This document shows, in pieces, positions 39,974 through 49,371 of a DNA stretch of 64,000 nt (positions are counted from its first letter, which is position 1; each line of letters begins with the position of its first letter). The position numbers were made by a program, and so were the translations under genes. Below the pieces are notes generated by a model that was not told where the DNA came from, ran no database searches, and saw only the letters and a program-made list of their open reading frames with translations. The stretch is taken from NCBI GenBank assembly GCA_965208325.1, contig OZ242326.1, forward strand, positions 2,016,001 through 2,080,000, given 5' to 3'. The DNA comes from Candidatus Poribacteria bacterium. Its GTDB lineage: Bacteria; Poribacteria; WGA-4E; PCPOR2b.

Positions 39974-40735
39974 CTACGTTTTGAAATCCCCATGCGATTG
40001 GTTGATTAACGCCGCGCTATAGCCTGCACCAAACCCGTTGTCAATGTTGACGACGGTCACGCCAGCGGCGCAGGTATTAAGCATACCCAAGAGCGCAGCC
40101 ATGCCTCCAAAACTAGCGCCATACCCGACACTTGTTGGAACAGCAATCACGGGTTTATCAACCAATCCACCGACAACACTCGGGAGCGCCCCCTCCATCC
40201 CCGCTACAACTATGATTACGCGTGCTTTGACCAGCGTTTCGTGGTTGCCGAGCAGGCGGTGTAGTCCCGCGACGCCGACATCATACAGGCGTTCGACGCG
40301 GTTTCCCAAAATCTGGGCGGTTTCTACAGCCTCTTCCGCTACAGGGATATCCGATGTGCCCGCCGATACGACCAAGATGCCGTCATGCAATTCCCCAGAT
40401 GGCTGACCAACGCTAATAGTTCGTCCAAGTTCGTTAAATTGCGCGGACGCATCAAGGGTAAGCACCGCTTCATAAATTTCCTGGGTGGCGCGAGTCGCAA
40501 AAAGGAGATTGCCCGCCGCCAGAATTCGCCTGCTAATTTCTTTAACGTGATTAACGGTTTTTCCTTCGCAAAAGATAACTTCCGGAAAGCCTTTCCGCAG
40601 TTGACGGTGGTGATCGACTTTGGAAAACTGTATATCTTCAAACGGCAGATAGCGCAGGGATTGAATTGCCGCATCAATGTCAATGTCACCGTGCTGAACA
40701 CCTTCAAGGAGCGTTTTTAGTTTATCAAGATTCAT
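39974..40735 (-). CDS. larB: Nickel pincer cofactor biosynthesis carboxylase/hydrolase
   Basis: DHHR..RKGFPEVIF..GK, AGTSD.PVAEEA, DVGVAGLHRL, AGMEGAL and VVNIDNGFGA motifs. Confidence 0.93.
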   Translation of the reverse strand: MNLDKLKTLLEGVQHGDIDIDAAIQSLRYLPFEDIQFSKVDHHRQLRKGFPEVIFCEGKTVNHVKEISRRILAAGNLLFATRATQEIYEAVLTLDASAQFNELGRTISVGQPSGELHDGILVVSAGTSDIPVAEEAVETAQILGNRVERLYDVGVAGLHRLLGNHETLVKARVIIVVAGMEGALPSVVGGLVDKPVIAVPTSVGYGASFGGMAALLGMLNTCAAGVTVVNIDNGFGAGYSAALINQSHGDFKT

Positions 40736-40762
40736 ACGCAGCGTTATTCGAAATTCGAGATT

Positions 40763-40801
40763 AAAAAGAAGCCACAGGTGGAAACACGCCCTGTGGCTTC
40801 T
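40763..40801 (-). terminator. Rho-independent terminator after the YtxH-like gene
   Basis: agaagccacagg...cctgtggcttct stem followed by a T-run on the minus strand. Confidence 0.65.
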
Positions 40802-40906
40802 ACTTTCGCGGATAAATTATGTGTGATTAGCCTACGTCAACAAAGTGAGCGAACAATAGTCAGGTGATCGGCGTTCGCACTTTGCCCTAAGATAAGCAGA
40901 AACATT

Positions 40907-41284
40907 TCAACTTGCGGACTCGCCATCGGTCTTTTTTGAATTGCCATCTTTTTGAACATCCGCATCTGACAGCTCATCCTTCTTTTTGACGAAGGCTTTT
41001 TTGCCCGCTTTAACGGCTGCTTTCATACCGCCTTTTGTTTCATCAATTCGGTCTTTACCTTGATTGACGAGTTCAGTGGCTCTTCCTTTGGCGGTGTGGA
41101 CAGCATCAACAGTCTTGTCTTTGGCATCCATAGAGACTTCACGGATCCTTCTTCGCGTTTCGCTGCCTGCGAATGGAGCCAGCAGCAAACTGAGGACAGC
41201 ACCAACCAAACCGCCCATGAAAAAAGCAACTAAGTATCCAAGTCCGCTTCCACGTTCTTCATTCTTCACTTTAATTACCTCCAT
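40907..41284 (-). CDS. YtxH domain protein
   Basis: F..GGLVGA...LLLAP..G.ETR motif. Confidence 0.85.
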   Translation of the reverse strand: MEVIKVKNEERGSGLGYLVAFFMGGLVGAVLSLLLAPFAGSETRRRIREVSMDAKDKTVDAVHTAKGRATELVNQGKDRIDETKGGMKAAVKAGKKAFVKKKDELSDADVQKDGNSKKTDGESAS

Positions 41285-41312
41285 TCTCGTAAATTAGATA
41301 TTATTCATTACA

Positions 41313-41831
41313 TTATTCGGAACCATCTTTTTCCTCTGGTTTCCATGATTGACTAAATACCTCCCAACCAGTCTTTATTCCGCTCCACAAACTAATCATG
41401 TCTGAGATGGGAACAGTGAGTTGATCTCGATAGTATTCAGCACGATTGACCGTTTTTTGGGAAAAATCGCCGATCAAGTTCATCAATTCATCTAGCTTTG
41501 CAACACTCTGATTCACAACCTGCGTCATTTCATGAATGTTGTGTGTAATCGGCTGGACTTCAGATTCGCTAATGTGCTGGATAGAAGCTGTGATTGCATT
41601 GACATTTTTGAGCAGTTCTGGCAATTCGGTATTCAACGCTTTGACGGACTGATCGACCTCCTTGAGTAAACCGTTTAGCTCATTGTCCACTATTGCTTCT
41701 ACCGATTTGAAGGTGCCGCCAATGTCTTTAAGCACCCTGCCTAAGCGTACAACCAGATATATAGCTGCGCCACTGAGTACGATCAGGAATACAGATAAAC
41801 TTAGCTTCCAAACTAACGGAGCCCATTCCAT
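41313..41831 (-). CDS. DUF948/YtxG-like membrane-anchored coiled-coil protein
   Basis: N-terminal TM helix followed by heptad repeats; lies upstream of YtxH-like gene. Confidence 0.65.
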   Translation of the reverse strand: MEWAPLVWKLSLSVFLIVLSGAAIYLVVRLGRVLKDIGGTFKSVEAIVDNELNGLLKEVDQSVKALNTELPELLKNVNAITASIQHISESEVQPITHNIHEMTQVVNQSVAKLDELMNLIGDFSQKTVNRAEYYRDQLTVPISDMISLWSGIKTGWEVFSQSWKPEEKDGSE

Positions 41832-41888
41832 ATCAAATTCCTTTCTACATCAACTAATGTACAACATCTCAAGCTGGCGCAACATTCT

Positions 41889-44540
41889 TCAATTTAGCTG
41901 ATTGGCGACAATGTTTACGACAGCATCAATCGCGCATTGCATCTTGTCGGGATCCTTGCTGCCGCCTTGAGCAAGCTCGGGGCGCCCGCCGCCGCGTCCG
42001 TCAGCTATACGGGTGACTGCCTGAACAATTTTACCGGCTTGCAAGCCGCGGCCTTTTACGAGATCGGGAGTAACACCTGTTATGAATGCAACTTCGTTTC
42101 CAGTTGCCGAAGCGAGGACAATAACGCCTGATTCAAGGCGGTTTTTCAACTCGTCGGCGAGCCGGCGCAGCCCGTCCCGATCCATACGATCCACCACGGA
42201 AGCCACGACGCGGAAACCATCCACGACAACGGCTCGATTCGCGAGATCGACGACACTGGATTTTGCGAGTTTTGCCTGCAGTTCGTTAATCTGTTGTTCA
42301 AGTTCTCGATTGGCTTGCACCAATCTTTCCACCTGTTCCGGCGTACGATGCTTAGGGGTTTTGAGTATACTTCCGATGGAGGAAAGCAAGTCATCTTCCG
42401 AACAGACATGTTGATAGGCTGCACTTCCGGTAACGGCTTCAATTCGACGGGTACCGGCGGCGATGCTGCTTTCGCTCAAAATTTTGACAAGGCCTATTTC
42501 GCCAGTCGCACGAGTGTGCGTACCGCCGCAGAGCTCCATGCTGTAGCCGCCAATCTCGACCACGCGCACGACGTCGCCGTATTTATCGCCGAAGAACGCG
42601 AGTGCTCCCTTATCCTTGGCTGTTTGCAGGGACATGGAGTCAATTTCAACTTCGTCATTCATACGAACACAGTGGTTAATGAAGCCTTCAATCTCGCGGA
42701 GTTGATTATCCGTCACGGACTGAAAGTGCGCGAAGTCGAATCGCAACCGTCCCGGCTCAACAAGTGATCCCGCTTGACTGACATGCTTTCCGAGCTCCTT
42801 GCGCAACGCGCTGTGCAGCATGTGAGTTGCCGTGTGGCTCGCCGCGATGTGCGCTCGCCGGACCGCATCAATCTGCGATGTGACGGGCGTCTGCGGGGTA
42901 ATTTCTCCTTCGATAACCTTACACTTGTGAACAATCAGATCGGGGTTCGGTTTGAAAGTATCAACGACGTTTAGCCTCGCATTTTCACTCTCGATTGTTC
43001 CGATGTCACCGACTTGACCTCCCGATTCCGCATAAAACGGCGTGCGGTTGAGGATGGCAGCAACTTCTTCACCTTCGTGGATTCCCGATACCTGTTCATT
43101 ACCTCGAATTAATGCGATGACCTCTGCCTCCGCCTCCCCCGTATCATACCCCAAAAATTCGGTTTTCTCATATTCCTTAAGAATTTCTAAATAAACCTCT
43201 TCGCCCTTCCCGCTGCCGCCAGCGGCTTTCCAAGCGGCGCGGCTGCGCTCTTGCTGTGTAGCCATACTAGCGGCGAAGCCTTTTTCGTCGACTGACAGTC
43301 CACGCTCACGAGCCAAAATCCCGGTGAGGTCAAGCGGAAATCCAAAGGTATCGTAGAGTTCAAAAGCGCGTTCACCGGGGACGACAGATTGTTGCTGCGC
43401 GTGGAGTTCATCAAGTGATTTTCCAAGGATTTCCAATCCCCGATCAAGTGTTTGATGGAATCGCCCTTCTTCTCCCTGAATAATCTGCTTCACAAACTCC
43501 CGACGCGGGACGACATCAGCGTAAACCGAGCCGAGCAGTTCGATGACTTTGTCCACGAGCCGAAAAATGAAAGGGACATCCATCCCTAACCGTTTTCCAT
43601 AAAGGACGGCTCGGCGCAAAATTCGCCGTATTACATAGCCGCGCCCTTCGTTAGAGGGCATCACGCCGTCACCGATAGCAAACGTCAGGCAGCGCACGTG
43701 GTCGGCAATGACGCGGTGGGCAACACCGGAAATGTCCTCCGAATACGCGCTATCCGTAATATCGGCGATAGCATCAATCAAGGGGGTGAACACATCGGTT
43801 TTGTAGTTTGAATCGACGCCCTGCAAGATTGCAACCGCGCGTTCAAAGCCCATACCCGTATCAACGTGTTTTTCTGGCAACGGATACAATTTTCCCGCAG
43901 CGTCTCGGTTATACTGTATGAATACGAGATTCCACAGTTCGCGGTACCGATCGCATTTATTGACACCACATTCGTGCGCAGGGTCTTGGGTTGAACATGC
44001 CTCAGGGCCGAGATCTATGTGTACTTCTGAACAGGGGCCGCATGGACCGGTATCCCCCATTTCCCAGAAATTGTCTTTGTCGAATCTTATTACTTGGCTG
44101 GCTGGAACATCGGTTACTGTCGTCCACAGCTTTTCGGCTTCATCGTCATCCAAATGAACCGTTGCCCACAATCGATTTTTCGGAATCTTCCAGATTTCCG
44201 TAACCAACTCCCAAGCAAATTCGATAGCTTCGTGTTTGTAGTAATCTCCAAAGGACCAGTTGCCCAGCATTTCAAAAAAGGTATGATGTCCACCGGAATA
44301 GCCGACCTCTTCTAAATCGTTATGTTTACCGCTGACGCGAATACACTTCTGAGAATCAGCCGCACGTTTATATTCGCGCTGCCCCACGCCCAAGAACACA
44401 TCTTTAAACTGGTTCATACCAGCGTTTGTAAACAGCAGGGTCGGATCTTCCGCAGGCACTACCGGTGCGCTGGGAACGATAGTATGACCGCGCTCCCGGA
44501 AAAAATCCAAAAAACTCGATCGAATTTCATTGGATGTCAT
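41889..44540 (-). CDS. alaS: Alanine--tRNA ligase
   Basis: DPTLLFTNAGMNQFK, HHTFFEMLGNWSFGDY, HTATH.LH, ELCGGTH and GGGRP..AQ motifs. Confidence 0.99.
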   Translation of the reverse strand: MTSNEIRSSFLDFFRERGHTIVPSAPVVPAEDPTLLFTNAGMNQFKDVFLGVGQREYKRAADSQKCIRVSGKHNDLEEVGYSGGHHTFFEMLGNWSFGDYYKHEAIEFAWELVTEIWKIPKNRLWATVHLDDDEAEKLWTTVTDVPASQVIRFDKDNFWEMGDTGPCGPCSEVHIDLGPEACSTQDPAHECGVNKCDRYRELWNLVFIQYNRDAAGKLYPLPEKHVDTGMGFERAVAILQGVDSNYKTDVFTPLIDAIADITDSAYSEDISGVAHRVIADHVRCLTFAIGDGVMPSNEGRGYVIRRILRRAVLYGKRLGMDVPFIFRLVDKVIELLGSVYADVVPRREFVKQIIQGEEGRFHQTLDRGLEILGKSLDELHAQQQSVVPGERAFELYDTFGFPLDLTGILARERGLSVDEKGFAASMATQQERSRAAWKAAGGSGKGEEVYLEILKEYEKTEFLGYDTGEAEAEVIALIRGNEQVSGIHEGEEVAAILNRTPFYAESGGQVGDIGTIESENARLNVVDTFKPNPDLIVHKCKVIEGEITPQTPVTSQIDAVRRAHIAASHTATHMLHSALRKELGKHVSQAGSLVEPGRLRFDFAHFQSVTDNQLREIEGFINHCVRMNDEVEIDSMSLQTAKDKGALAFFGDKYGDVVRVVEIGGYSMELCGGTHTRATGEIGLVKILSESSIAAGTRRIEAVTGSAAYQHVCSEDDLLSSIGSILKTPKHRTPEQVERLVQANRELEQQINELQAKLAKSSVVDLANRAVVVDGFRVVASVVDRMDRDGLRRLADELKNRLESGVIVLASATGNEVAFITGVTPDLVKGRGLQAGKIVQAVTRIADGRGGGRPELAQGGSKDPDKMQCAIDAVVNIVANQLN

Positions 44541-44791
44541 CAGTGACTTTTCTCTCTAAATTGAAGCCCGCAATCATCTTCCCAATATCAATCGCTTTCG
44601 TTGAGAATGCTCCTCTTATTGATTAATCCGCTTAACAATTCTATATGGGCAATCACCATCGGAGCAAGCGTCTATAACAAGTATACCAAATTGTGAATCT
44701 CAATTTCAAGGTTGATAACTATTACTTCGCGGTTGATGTGGGCGAAGGTTAGTCCGTCTGTCATGTTCACAAGCGTGTAAGTACCGCAATT

Positions 44792-45361
44792 TTATTTGTT
44801 AGGTTCACCAAAATCTTTCCCTTCCAGAAAATCGTCCAATTCAACTCCGAACGCGTCTGCTATCCGATTGACATAGTTGAAAAATCCGACGACCTCCACA
44901 ATGGCGAAGAGCGCCTCGTCGGAAAGTCCATATCCGCGGAGGCGCTTTAAGTCTGCTGGTGTAACAGTGGGCGCGGCTTTTGTTACCTTAACGGCAAATT
45001 CAAGGATCGCTTTTGTGGCTTCGTCAATATCAGCCGTCTGAAAATCCGCCACGATCTGGGCAATCTGCTTGTCAGTGAGTTGTTCCCGCAACTCGTCCGC
45101 GTGCGATATTACTCAGTAGCGGCATTCGTTCACTTTCGATACAACAGTGGCAATCATTTCGCGTTGCATTCGACTAAGTGGGGACTCTTCGTCGTGCATC
45201 ACGACTTTGTAGAGTTCAATAAAAGCGCGCATACTTTTCGGCCGCGCACTGAAAAGTTTGACGATATTGTAAACTTTCCCCACCCGCGCAATTGCCGCGT
45301 TGTATTCCTCTTTCACGATGCCAGTTGCATCAGTCTCATCTACAGTGTGAATCCATGCCAT
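44792..45361 (-). CDS. AhpD/CMD-family peroxidase-like selenoprotein (CxxU; in-frame UGA at 45113-45115)
   Basis: Two listed ORFs are in one frame: ...VSKVNEC-R-Y-UGA-VISH...; hairpin GAGUUG-CGGGAA-CAACUC 18 nt after UGA; selABC in window. Confidence 0.9.
45077..45094 (-). promoter_or_regulatory. Candidate bacterial SECIS apical hairpin
   Basis: 6-bp stem with G-containing loop just downstream of the in-frame UGA. Confidence 0.65.
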
Positions 45362-45453
45362 CTTTCACGCTCCAATCACAGTCCAAATATACTTGCAACT
45401 GCGCCATTGTGTCCGGTTTTTATCGTCGATTGGACACGTCAGAATGTCAAAGT

Positions 45454-47586
45454 TTATTCTTGCAGGGGTGTCAACATTGCGGCGATGTCCGCCGGCAGAT
45501 TCACGCCATGTCTCGCCTCGAAGTCCGAAACGCTTGCGTAGTCGTTATGAAAGCCAGCGATGATATTTACACCCATGTCCCTAGCAATGTTCAAATCCTC
45601 TCGGGCTTTTTCCCATTCTCTCAGTCGCAACCACACTTCACCGCGATTATAATAGGCGGCGATAAAGACCGGCTTTAATTCTATCGCTTTGTTATAATTT
45701 TCAAGCGCACGGTCAACCTCGCCTTTGCTATAATGAGCCACTCCGCGATTGTTATAAACAATGGAAAGCCGCGGATTGAGTTCTATTACTTTGTTAAAGT
45801 CAACAATGGCACGGTCATATTCGCCAACGGTGATATAGGCATTGCCCCGACCATTATAGGCTTCGACAAGATTTGGTTCGAGCTGTATCGCCTTGTCAAA
45901 GTCGGCGATGGCCCGGACACAATCACCTTTGTTGCGGTATGCGGCACCGCGATTGCTATAAGGCTCGGCGTAATCGGGTTTGAGTTCTATCGCACGATTA
46001 CAGTCTACAATGGCAAGGTCAAAATCCCCCTTTCCCCGATAGACAGCACCGCGATTGTTGTAGGCTATGGCGTAATCGGTTTTGAGTTCTATAGCATGGT
46101 TAAAGTCTTTAAGGGCAAGGTTAACCTGATCTTTTTTGCCGTAAGTGATACCACGGCTGTTGTATGCCTCGGCAAATTTCGGTTTCAGTAGTATTGCCAT
46201 GTTAAAGTCTTCAGTGGCACGGTCAAAATCGCCCTGCTGGTCGTAAGCGATACCGCGATTGATATAAGCTTCAGCAAGGTTGGTATTGAGTTCTATGGCT
46301 TTGTTCAATTCTAACATGGCACGGTCATGGTCGCCTATCATGCCGTAAACAACCCCGCGATTACTATATGCTATGGCAAAATCGGGATTCAGCTCTATCG
46401 CTTTATTGAAGTCGTTGAGAGCAAATTGAACATTGCCTTTGTTCTTAAAAGTAACGCCGCGATTGTAGTAGGCGTTCGCATAACCGGGGTTGAGTTGAAT
46501 TGCTTTATCAAAGTCTTTGAGAGCACGATCAAAATCCTCTTTGTCATGATAAGCCCCCCCACGATTATTATATAGCTCGGCGAGGTTTGGTTTCAATTGT
46601 ATTGCCTTGTTAAAGTCTGCAATAGCACAATTATGCTCTCCCTTGCTACTAAAAACGTTACCACGATTGTTGTAGGCATTGGTACAATTGGGATTGAGTT
46701 CTATTGCCCTGTTATAATCTTCAATAGCACGGTCAACCTCGTCTCTCCTGTAGAAAACCTCGCCGCGATAGTTATAAGCATCGGCATAATCCGGTTTCAA
46801 TTCTATCGCTTTGGTAAAATCTGAGATGGCATGTTCAAATCTACCCTGTCTGTTGTAAGCCAGACCGCGATTAAAACAAGCATCGGCATCATCGGGATTT
46901 AATTGTACCGCTGTATTAAAATCTTTGATGGCGCAGTCATAGTCCCCCTTGCTGCTGTAAGCAATGCCACGATTGTTGTAGGAGTCAACCTGCAGCGAAT
47001 TTAACTTTAACGCTTTGGTATAATGCTCAATGGCTTTTTCATAATCTTCTCTATTTTGGCACGTCAGCCCTTCAAGGAACTCCGTGTAAGCCCTTTGATA
47101 AGTATCTTGATTACTAATAAACTCATGAAGGTCGTAATAGATAGTTGGATTAGATATGTCGTGGTACTTTTGGAGGTGGTTCAACATGAGCTTCCTGAGG
47201 CTTTTGGGAATATCGACTACACGGTACTGTTCCTGTTGAATAAGCCTCTCAGGCAGTCTAACAAATACCCGCTTTTGAACGTTGGCGCGACGCATTGGAT
47301 TTCGATCGAATTCAATCCGGTCACTTATCGCGTCGGTTTTTTTCAGTAGGATAACCCTGCCGGATTTTTCAAGCGAACCGCTACAGGCGAAGAAGAGAGC
47401 TATCAGGTAATCGGTCGTGAATTCTATAACGTTCGCTGTCTTAACCTCATCCTCACGGTAGAGGGTTGACGAGACTCCCTCATAGTATTCTGACTCACCA
47501 CGGTAAATGTAGTCGCCATCGGCTGATTTTTCCTCTATCTCGCGTAATTTTTCCCTAATCTTGCTTCGATTGTTTTTTGTGCTCAT
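45454..47586 (-). CDS. Degenerate FRG domain plus long TPR array protein
   Basis: YIYRGE..VSS.LYR and FTTDYLIALFFAC at N-terminus; many AY.NRG...AI.DFNKAI.L.P repeats. Confidence 0.85.
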   Translation of the reverse strand: MSTKNNRSKIREKLREIEEKSADGDYIYRGESEYYEGVSSTLYREDEVKTANVIEFTTDYLIALFFACSGSLEKSGRVILLKKTDAISDRIEFDRNPMRRANVQKRVFVRLPERLIQQEQYRVVDIPKSLRKLMLNHLQKYHDISNPTIYYDLHEFISNQDTYQRAYTEFLEGLTCQNREDYEKAIEHYTKALKLNSLQVDSYNNRGIAYSSKGDYDCAIKDFNTAVQLNPDDADACFNRGLAYNRQGRFEHAISDFTKAIELKPDYADAYNYRGEVFYRRDEVDRAIEDYNRAIELNPNCTNAYNNRGNVFSSKGEHNCAIADFNKAIQLKPNLAELYNNRGGAYHDKEDFDRALKDFDKAIQLNPGYANAYYNRGVTFKNKGNVQFALNDFNKAIELNPDFAIAYSNRGVVYGMIGDHDRAMLELNKAIELNTNLAEAYINRGIAYDQQGDFDRATEDFNMAILLKPKFAEAYNSRGITYGKKDQVNLALKDFNHAIELKTDYAIAYNNRGAVYRGKGDFDLAIVDCNRAIELKPDYAEPYSNRGAAYRNKGDCVRAIADFDKAIQLEPNLVEAYNGRGNAYITVGEYDRAIVDFNKVIELNPRLSIVYNNRGVAHYSKGEVDRALENYNKAIELKPVFIAAYYNRGEVWLRLREWEKAREDLNIARDMGVNIIAGFHNDYASVSDFEARHGVNLPADIAAMLTPLQE

Positions 47587-47811
47587 GGTTTTTCCTCCGC
47601 AATAGGGATTCTTTCGACACTAGTCTAAAACGTGAATTGGTGCAGATTGAAGGAGTCCACAAATTAAACCAGCCCAAAAATGAGTCTAAAAATGAGTCTC
47701 GGCTTGAATCTGCGTTCCCGCGCTATCTACCCGATTAACAATGCAGGCAAATTATATCGTAGACTCATCCACAAGAATGGCAATTCCTTCAGGGTTAAGC
47801 TGCATAACGCG

Positions 47812-48240
47812 TCAATCAATCAATTCATCATTTTCCCCATCCCCGACAATGGCCATCGCAGACTGTACTGGAATAAATTTTGACCGTAGTGCGAGCTCAG
47901 TTGCCAGAAATTGCATGTCTTCCCGTTTGTCTGGCCACGGTACAATGTCTGCATGTAAGTGGTGTATGGAAGTTTCTGGCTCAACCCTTTGGTCTAGCGC
48001 GTAAACGTCTCGCGCCAAAATGTCCGCTCGACCATAAAGGCGCTCACCTTGCGGTCTAGCGACAAATTGGTTACCAATTGACCAAATTTCGTCTTCACTA
48101 AGCGTTGAAGTAAGGTAAACGGACAAGCGTTTGCTTTTCGGGGGCATAAATGCCCTAAACTTAACTCTCTGATCGGAAGGACGAACCTCATTTTTTCGCA
48201 TAATGAAATGGCTGAGTCTTTCATTTGGACTAATAACCAT
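47812..48240 (-). CDS. Hypothetical protein, possible ADP-ribosyltransferase-like toxin
   Basis: AF.P...LSV...HA.I pattern; overlaps upstream gene. Confidence 0.5.
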   Translation of the reverse strand: MVISPNERLSHFIMRKNEVRPSDQRVKFRAFMPPKSKRLSVYLTSTLSEDEIWSIGNQFVARPQGERLYGRADILARDVYALDQRVEPETSIHHLHADIVPWPDKREDMQFLATELALRSKFIPVQSAMAIVGDGENDELID

Positions 48241-48826
48241 AATAGGGATAGAGATTCGTAATCATGCCAAAAATGGCGAAAAGATGCGGAGTTGAGAAGG
48301 TGAATATACCACGGGCTTGACTCTCTTCGCTGAAGATTCCCGCGAATACAATATGTCCATCGCCACCAAAACTCAAGGTGAATATCTTCTGTCCTTCCCG
48401 CCATTCTATGCCAATTTCACCGTTATCCAAAGGCATAATATCAGCTAGAGATGCAATTCGACCGAGTGTACCGTCGTGAGATTTGTGGAGTGTTTTTAGA
48501 AACCTTTCCACGTCTTGGTATGCGCCCTCTGGGATACCGTCTAGCTCTGGGTCAAGTCTTCTTTCTTCTTCTGCCTCCGCTCGTACCTTTTGCAGTGTCT
48601 TCTCAATCTGTTTTGGGTCGAAGTCATACAGCTTGGTTTGACTGAGTTCGCCGAAGTCTGTGTGAATAGTGCTTCCTTTTTGCACAGGCGTTCTTAGCCT
48701 CATCTGCTCGCCAATTGAATCGGATGTCCAAAAGCCCGGTTTCTTGTCAAAACCGAGCGCGTTCAAATCATTCGCGTTTTGCATGAGAGTTGTGGGCTGA
48801 TTTTCAGCAGCTACTAGCTGACTCAT
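48230..48826 (-). CDS. Hypothetical protein
   Basis: GGAGGG RBS; I.P..NGEIGIEW motif; coupled to next gene. Confidence 0.6.
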   Translation of the reverse strand: MSQLVAAENQPTTLMQNANDLNALGFDKKPGFWTSDSIGEQMRLRTPVQKGSTIHTDFGELSQTKLYDFDPKQIEKTLQKVRAEAEEERRLDPELDGIPEGAYQDVERFLKTLHKSHDGTLGRIASLADIMPLDNGEIGIEWREGQKIFTLSFGGDGHIVFAGIFSEESQARGIFTFSTPHLFAIFGMITNLYPYYGY

Positions 48827-48972
48827 CTTAATTTCCCTCCAAAATTACGTCAATAGGTATTAGGTGTATCAACCGGTTTCCCTCCAAAACAACAATACCT
48901 GCAAGATGGATTGTCACTAGAATAAATAACGGGTTTCACGGCTTAAGTCCATCTAATTTGAGGGTACCGCAT

Positions 48973-49371
48973 TTAATCTGCACCATCCTCGTTCGTTGGC
49001 TGCTCCAGCAATGATTGCAGAAGGTCGGCGATTACCTCAATATCGGTAATTGATCCATTGGCAATCTTTACGCCAAGTTCAACAATTGAATCATCAATGC
49101 CAAGACGAAGGGAACATCCATTCAAAACCAAAAACCAAAGCGCACAAGTCATGCCGGTACGCTTGTTCCCATCTAAAAATATATGTCCTGTGATAATGTG
49201 ATGGGCATATACAGCGGCTTTTTGAATCAAAGTCGGAAACAGTTCTGTGTTGCCGAATTTTTGACAGACGATTTCTACCATATACTGTAACTGGTTTTCC
49301 TTTAGCAACTCATTGTTTGCCACATGGCGCTTGGCAACCCGCAGAATCTCGTCAATTGCCAAATATCTCAA
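48973..49371 (-). CDS. Death-on-curing (Doc/Fic family) toxin
   Basis: HIFLDGNKRTG Fic/Doc motif and LFPTL..KAA; likely TTG start overlapping upstream TGA giving MRYLAIDEIL. Confidence 0.88.
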   Translation of the reverse strand: MRYLAIDEILRVAKRHVANNELLKENQLQYMVEIVCQKFGNTELFPTLIQKAAVYAHHIITGHIFLDGNKRTGMTCALWFLVLNGCSLRLGIDDSIVELGVKIANGSITDIEVIADLLQSLLEQPTNEDGAD

